Shown here in pieces: positions 58,828-64,000 of a stretch of 64,000 bases of DNA. A program made the position numbers and the translations under genes. The notes beneath the pieces were generated by a model that saw only the letters and a list, made by a program, of their open reading frames with translations, ran no database searches and was not told where the DNA came from. This DNA is from a virus (taxonomy: Duplodnaviria; Caudoviricetes), in IMG/VR virus record IMGVR_UViG_3300042975_000096; one strand, 5' to 3'. The first letter of the stretch is position 1; the number at the start of each line of letters is the position of its first letter.

Positions 58828-61503
58828 TTAAATTGTTTTATTAATGCTTATATCTAATAAATATGTGGAACGATTTTTAAGATTTAATGGATAATTATAA
58901 TTATATTCTAACATAAATCCATGGGCATCCTTATCTATCTCTCCATTAATACTACCTATTTCTTTCATTTTTACTTTTCTTTTATCAATTCCACCTATAT
59001 ATAATTGTGGATAGTCAGAAGTCGAAAGAATATTCATTGTCCTTGCTACACTATCATATTTATAAGAGTTGGATAACAATGATTCGAAATTTAATAGTTG
59101 TTCATCTGTATATTCATATAATGCATCAAATATCATATTGGTTTTGAATTTGTATTGCGAAATCCTCTTTAAATTCGCCAAATCTAATTTACTTACAATT
59201 AATTCGTCATTATAATAATTCAATATATACGCAGTCTTATAGTCTATGCTTACTATTTTTGCATGACATAAATCGCTATATCTAAATTCTTTATTCGTTG
59301 TTCCTACACCATATACATCTTCTGTTGACAGTTTATATAACAATATCGTTTTGTTATATATATTACAAATTCTATAAATACCATAATCATCTTTGTTTTT
59401 GCTAGACATTGATTTTTCAAACTTTAAATAATACCTGTCATTCATAAGTTCCATAATATTCATCGGATTTTGATTCTTTATTGTATCTTTATATGTATAT
59501 GTGAGATTATCACTCTTGATATCATATTCATATCGCTGAACTTCAATGTTAAAATTGTTATCATACATACATACACTTGCCGTTGTCAATATTGTCATTG
59601 AAGTATTAAAATGAACTTTTGTATTACTTTCTTCATTTTTGAATTCTACATTTAGTGGTATTTTAATAGCATAATGGAATTCTTGCATTGTAAATTTTCT
59701 AACAAAATTATCTTCATTCATTGAAGCAAAATCATGTTCTAACACTTCATATTCTGATTCGGCTGTTATATAATATTTTACATTATTACTCGTAACATAT
59801 CCAATATCATCAATATATTTTAACATATTCGTTCTGATTTCATTAAAAATATTAGCAATCATATCGCTACAATCAATTACCGTTAATGTACTATCTTCTA
59901 TACTTATTTTTTCTAATGCATTTAAATTATCATAATTTATAAATCTTATTCGTAAATTATTATTCGTGTCAAATCCCATACACATATTATGCTTAAGATA
60001 TTCTAATGTCGGATTGTATAACGTCGTTTTGTAATCCATTGTATCATAATTTATTCCATCATATTTTACAACATGAATTCCATATTCATCAAAATTTATA
60101 AAATAAAAGCTTTTATCATTATACATGATGTATTGTGCTTTATCAAAATATTCTTGTGATTTTTCTATCAAAATATGTTTATTCTTCATATCTAAATCAT
60201 ATAAGCTAAATGGATTTAATGCGTCTTCTTTATTATAAACCATAAAACCTGTCGTTGCATTACTAGATATTGTTTTATCTTCATAAACAGCATCTAAATA
60301 TTTTGTATTACCTTTATCTGAATAACGGATAATATTATTTGCTGTCTTGTTCGTTTTTAATGTTAATTCATAATCATCATGCGCTTGTATATTAAACGTA
60401 CAAAAATAATCATCTCCACAAATCAATCTTAATGAAAATCTTCCTTCATCTCTCTTTGTGGTATTCTCATCTACTATATATTTAATAATACCCTCTCCAT
60501 TTATATCAAATATATTTGGGGATTTGTTCGTTTGGTTTTTATTATATGTCTTTAAATAATCAATGCTATAATTTTCTGTTTGAAAATGATATTTTTTATC
60601 TTCATGAATTAAATCAATGGTTAAATATTTATTCCCATCTCTATTATCAATTACTAATTCAAAAATATCTTTATCAAACATACTATTTTTGTTATTTATT
60701 CTACCTACAATTCCACCATATATGTTATACGTTGATGAATCTGTGTTACTATATGCAATGGTGTTTAATGAAAGTGTATTGGGTTTTATCATTGTACTAA
60801 TTATCTTTTCACTTTTCAACCCATTGCTAGTTACTATCTTTACTTTATATAATATTACTCTTGACTCTGCCATTGTCGTGTCAAACAATAAATCCCTGTA
60901 TCTGTATTGATGATTATGTACTTCCATCTCTCCTAATAAACTCCATTCTGTTGGAGCTTCATATCCATGACGTATTAATGAATTACTTCCATACTCTACG
61001 TTTTTATTGTATGATTTTGGGGATATATGAGAAAGTGGACAGAGATGGTAATATATCAAGATAGAGTCAATGTTGTATTGTGTCTCTAATCTTAAAATAA
61101 TATCTAGATAGCTATAGTTCTCGTGTAGTCCATATGTAGACAAGCTAACAATTTTTATATCGTTCTCTATATAATTATTCAGAATTTTCAAATAAAAATC
61201 ATTCTTATATATCTTGCCCGTATTAAGAATCACTTCAACTGCATAATTGAAATTACCCTTCTTTACAATATTTTTATCTTTAATTGTATAAAACCCGTTA
61301 CTTTCTTGATATACATCTACATCTTTATAAACTTCACCATTTTTATAAACAATAATATTATTTATTGGATATTCATTGTTTTGTATTTGCACATAAAACT
61401 CAAAATTATATACATATTCTCGTTTATAAAAATTATCTTTATCACAATACACCTCATGTGTGTATCCTTCAGGCAAAGTAAATATTATATCATGATTGTT
61501 CAA
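58828..61503 (-). CDS. Large Tyr/Asn-rich beta-structured hypothetical protein (N-terminal Ig/FN3-like repeats possible)
   Basis: 891-aa ORF with AAGGATGG RBS; NIIVYKNG..FNYAVEVI and ILYKVKIVTSNG.KS resemble FN3 strands. Confidence 0.6.
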   Translation of the reverse strand: MNNHDIIFTLPEGYTHEVYCDKDNFYKREYVYNFEFYVQIQNNEYPINNIIVYKNGEVYKDVDVYQESNGFYTIKDKNIVKKGNFNYAVEVILNTGKIYKNDFYLKILNNYIENDIKIVSLSTYGLHENYSYLDIILRLETQYNIDSILIYYHLCPLSHISPKSYNKNVEYGSNSLIRHGYEAPTEWSLLGEMEVHNHQYRYRDLLFDTTMAESRVILYKVKIVTSNGLKSEKIISTMIKPNTLSLNTIAYSNTDSSTYNIYGGIVGRINNKNSMFDKDIFELVIDNRDGNKYLTIDLIHEDKKYHFQTENYSIDYLKTYNKNQTNKSPNIFDINGEGIIKYIVDENTTKRDEGRFSLRLICGDDYFCTFNIQAHDDYELTLKTNKTANNIIRYSDKGNTKYLDAVYEDKTISSNATTGFMVYNKEDALNPFSLYDLDMKNKHILIEKSQEYFDKAQYIMYNDKSFYFINFDEYGIHVVKYDGINYDTMDYKTTLYNPTLEYLKHNMCMGFDTNNNLRIRFINYDNLNALEKISIEDSTLTVIDCSDMIANIFNEIRTNMLKYIDDIGYVTSNNVKYYITAESEYEVLEHDFASMNEDNFVRKFTMQEFHYAIKIPLNVEFKNEESNTKVHFNTSMTILTTASVCMYDNNFNIEVQRYEYDIKSDNLTYTYKDTIKNQNPMNIMELMNDRYYLKFEKSMSSKNKDDYGIYRICNIYNKTILLYKLSTEDVYGVGTTNKEFRYSDLCHAKIVSIDYKTAYILNYYNDELIVSKLDLANLKRISQYKFKTNMIFDALYEYTDEQLLNFESLLSNSYKYDSVARTMNILSTSDYPQLYIGGIDKRKVKMKEIGSINGEIDKDAHGFMLEYNYNYPLNLKNRSTYLLDISINKTI

Positions 61504-61519
61504 TCAAATCACACCATCC

Positions 61520-61822
61520 TTATTCAGCTAAGAATAAATTATTTGTTTCTATGGCTTTTGGTAACAATGCTCTTAGCCCTTCCATACATGCAACTGCATC
61601 ATCATAATCTGAAAAATGCATCCTATTATTCTTAGGCTTTTCTTCTGACTTAAATTTTACTGTTAAAAATTCAGCAAACTCATTTGGTAACAAATTCAAG
61701 GTCATAGCCAAAGTATTATTTGTATTAAATTGAATTTCCACTCCACCAGTTAATCGATATGCAAGCACAAAGTATCCATATTCATCTTTATCTACTTTAA
61801 AATCAATCAGCATGTTTTTCAC
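61520..61822 (-). CDS. Hypothetical protein
   Basis: ORF with AGGAG RBS. Confidence 0.6.
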   Translation of the reverse strand: MKNMLIDFKVDKDEYGYFVLAYRLTGGVEIQFNTNNTLAMTLNLLPNEFAEFLTVKFKSEEKPKNNRMHFSDYDDAVACMEGLRALLPKAIETNNLFLAE

Positions 61823-61837
61823 TCCTATTATCTAAAT

Positions 61838-61867
61838 AAAATAGGCACTAAAAAATAGTGCCTATTT
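61838..61867 (-). terminator. Intrinsic terminator
   Basis: AAATAGGCACTA/TAGTGCCTATTT stem. Confidence 0.75.
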
Positions 61868-61868
61868 G

Positions 61869-62102
61869 TTAATTCGTATGTAATAACATCCATCTATATA
61901 CAAAATCATCATTCAATAAATTCATTTGCTTATCAACCAACTGAAATTGACCCGAAACTAATTTATTACAATAGCAATTCCATACAGGCCCTTGAATCAT
62001 AATACTTAATCTTGTATCTGCTTTATCAAAATAATGACCTAACGGGTCACGATGATATTTATATCCTAGTTTTATAAAATGACCAATTATTTGTTTTGTC
62101 AT
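61869..62102 (-). CDS. Small hypothetical protein
   Basis: ORF with AAGGG RBS and terminator immediately downstream. Confidence 0.55.
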   Translation of the reverse strand: MTKQIIGHFIKLGYKYHRDPLGHYFDKADTRLSIMIQGPVWNCYCNKLVSGQFQLVDKQMNLLNDDFVYRWMLLHTN

Positions 62103-62266
62103 AATTAACTAACCCTTTCACGAATACAACGGAAAACCATTACCTTTATGAATTTATAATATTGTTTTAAATATTTATCAAATAAACCAATGGTTTTGTT
62201 CTTGCTAGAATCATTGTGTTCTCTTGTTAAAAAATAATCATTTTTTCTTTCAGCAACTTAATTAAG

Positions 62267-62815
62267 TTATTCATAACTAAAATTCAAATCTTCACACGTT
62301 ACTAGCATTTTAATAAATGGAGTAATCATTTTTTTAGGAAACATAATATCTTGTTGTTTTCTAATTTTTGATGTTGCCAAACTATGACTATCACCATTCA
62401 TACGACAATGGTCATAAAAATCACACAAATGAACCATCGTAGAATACAAATGAATATCTTCCGCTTTTAATCCAAATGGTTTACCTGTTCCATCTAAATT
62501 TTCTAAATGCTGACCAACAACATTTGCTACACGTTCAAAACCTTCCGCGCTATTAACAATGTTTTTTGAAAAAATAGGATATATGTCCTGTAGCTTCACT
62601 TTTGTTCCACATACATTAATTTCATCCTGATTACCAAATTTTCCAATTTCATGTAAAAATCCAGCCATATAAAGAACCCCTCTGTCCTTCTTTTCAATGT
62701 CGAACTTTTTACTAAACTCATAACACATCATAGCAACACGTTCTGAATGATGAAATATAGAAGGTGTTTGGGATTCAATTTTATCTAATATATAATTAAA
62801 TTTTTCCATCTTCAT
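62267..62815 (-). CDS. Stand-alone HD-GYP-like protein with degenerate motifs
   Basis: HSERVA, AGFLHEIGK (HD to HE), QHLENLDGTGKPFGL (HHE..DG.GYP to HLE..GKP), CDFYD. Confidence 0.8.
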   Translation of the reverse strand: MKMEKFNYILDKIESQTPSIFHHSERVAMMCYEFSKKFDIEKKDRGVLYMAGFLHEIGKFGNQDEINVCGTKVKLQDIYPIFSKNIVNSAEGFERVANVVGQHLENLDGTGKPFGLKAEDIHLYSTMVHLCDFYDHCRMNGDSHSLATSKIRKQQDIMFPKKMITPFIKMLVTCEDLNFSYE

Positions 62816-62965
62816 AATAAATCAATTCACGACCTTTTTTAATAATATAATATACCACCAAAATATATTCTACTATTGAAATAGTAAAAAGACATGTAAA
62901 TAATAATAGATTTAAACAAAAAATAATATAATATAAATATAATTATTATTCGGAGGATAACCTTT

Positions 62966-63679
62966 ATGTCAAAAAAACCAGATTATATACAATTAAATGA
63001 TGATTATAATGAATTGGCAAGTGATATTTCAAGCATTACAAAAAAACATGAAAAATTAAAAGCTAAATTAGATGATATTGATGCTGAATTTACAATATAT
63101 CTTAATCGATTGATTATATACATCAAAAATGAATTTTGGAACAAATACTCTTATAAAAAATATACATTTTTAATTTCTAATGAAAAAGATGGAACAAAAA
63201 AAATTAAATTTTTTGACCAAAAAGATATGAAAATAGCTAAAGCTAAATACGACAGCGAACAAGAAGATAAAAAAGACGTATTAGAAGATGATTTCAATTT
63301 CTTTTGTGACGATGATTTAAATGACAAAAAAGAATTTGATAACATGATTGATTTTTTACAGAATAACATATCAACTGTAAAATTTGAATGTGATATAAAC
63401 CACAAACAAGAAAACACAATTAGAAAATTAACAATTGACACTGATAGATTAGAAGAACATTATCATTATGCAAAGACAATTATGCAAGATTTGGAAAGCG
63501 AATATACTGATTGCATGACCGAAATCATTTCTAGACTTGAAAATGATGATGAATATGATTTTAATATTGAAACTGATGAAATAATGTCTATTCGTGATGA
63601 AGAAACTATGATATGGCATTTAATTTATTATCGTCTTGATAGTGATACTATTGAGGATTCTAATGATAAAAAAGACTAA
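62966..63679 (+). CDS. Acidic hypothetical protein (only credible plus-strand gene)
   Basis: Strong GGAGG RBS; divergent from HD-GYP gene; ends at a bidirectional terminator. Confidence 0.75.
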   Translation: MSKKPDYIQLNDDYNELASDISSITKKHEKLKAKLDDIDAEFTIYLNRLIIYIKNEFWNKYSYKKYTFLISNEKDGTKKIKFFDQKDMKIAKAKYDSEQEDKKDVLEDDFNFFCDDDLNDKKEFDNMIDFLQNNISTVKFECDINHKQENTIRKLTIDTDRLEEHYHYAKTIMQDLESEYTDCMTEIISRLENDDEYDFNIETDEIMSIRDEETMIWHLIYYRLDSDTIEDSNDKKD

Positions 63680-63702
63680 CCAATATTGGTTAGTCTTTTT
63701 TT
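63668..63702. terminator. Bidirectional terminator between convergent genes
   Basis: Perfect palindrome AAAAAAGACTAACCAA-TA-TTGGTTAGTCTTTTTT. Confidence 0.85.
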
Positions 63703-63706
63703 ATTG

Positions 63707-63991
63707 TTAATTTGAATACGAATAGTTAGCAATTGCATCCAAAGTATTCAAAACTGCATCCTTATTATTAAACAAATGTTTCAATACTTTTCCGCTACCG
63801 TTACCTTTTGCTTCCTGAATCTTCTGAGCCATAGACTGCATATCAGTAATAATCTGTTTCATGTTATCAGCCTTATTTTCTGCCTGACTAACCATATTAT
63901 TAATGTTTGCTTCAGCCTTTGCTCTAGAAGCACTAAGTTGCTCTGCAAATGCCAACTCATCTTCTGTATACTTACTCTTATCTTTAATCAA
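63707..63991 (-). CDS. Helical hypothetical protein, possibly 5'-truncated by window edge
   Basis: ORF ending at the terminator; true start may lie outside the window. Confidence 0.55.
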   Translation of the reverse strand: MIKDKSKYTEDELAFAEQLSASRAKAEANINNMVSQAENKADNMKQIITDMQSMAQKIQEAKGNGSGKVLKHLFNNKDAVLNTLDAIANYSYSN

Positions 63992-64000
63992 ACATGCGCG

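Noticed and set aside
379-61635. Numerous plus-strand ORFs in the track (e.g. 1021..1620, 11372..12025, 16064..16588, 39058..39858) and short out-of-frame minus ORFs
   Set aside because: They are antisense or off-frame shadows of long minus-strand genes, with Phe/Leu/Ser-biased composition and no RBS or motifs.
62105-62257. About 50-codon open frame between the HD-GYP gene and the 77-aa ORF
   Set aside because: No plausible start codon or RBS near its 5' end; treated as non-coding.
1-64000. Stop-codon reassignment as in some gut jumbo phages
   Set aside because: Multi-kb ORFs are open in code 11, and TAG (32780, 51789) and TGA (2124) end genes right before the next gene.
1-64000. CRISPR array, tRNA or rRNA genes
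   Set aside because: Intergenic gaps are short and AT-rich; no spaced direct repeats or cloverleaf/T-loop signatures were recognised.

Overview
AT-rich (roughly 30% GC by eye), densely coding segment of a very large myovirus-type (jumbo-like) phage genome, probably with a Firmicutes-type host. It uses the standard genetic code and lies almost entirely on the minus strand. 1-33.4 kb is a contractile-tail module: gpV/gp5-like spike, a 1762-aa LysM-bearing hub, a tube-initiator-like protein, THREE paralogous ~2000-aa tape-measure-like proteins, two paralogous tail chaperones, two paralogous tail tubes, a sheath and a tail terminator. Each tape-measure protein carries a different peptidoglycan-hydrolase cassette (NlpC/P60; M15-type peptidase; SLT plus GH73-like). 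33.5-40.5 kb holds neck and probable head-associated genes. 40.5-42.7 kb has a SLOG protein, a DNA methyltransferase and small ORFs. 42.8-58.8 kb is a modification island: two radical SAM/SPASM enzymes next to a protein ending in a CxCNCNYCxC tail, then a tightly coupled operon of GT8, GT4, GT2, an O-carbamoyltransferase, three more radical SAM enzymes, two paralogous unknowns and an SGNH-CitC-like fusion. The window ends with an orphan 891-aa protein, a degenerate HD-GYP protein and hypotheticals. A fixed-spacing TATT-N7-TAG motif recurs upstream of minus-strand genes (candidate phage late promoter), and GATC appears to be avoided. I recognised no capsid, portal, terminase, tRNA, CRISPR or integrase. 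All calls are from motif reading and gene order by eye; no searches were run.
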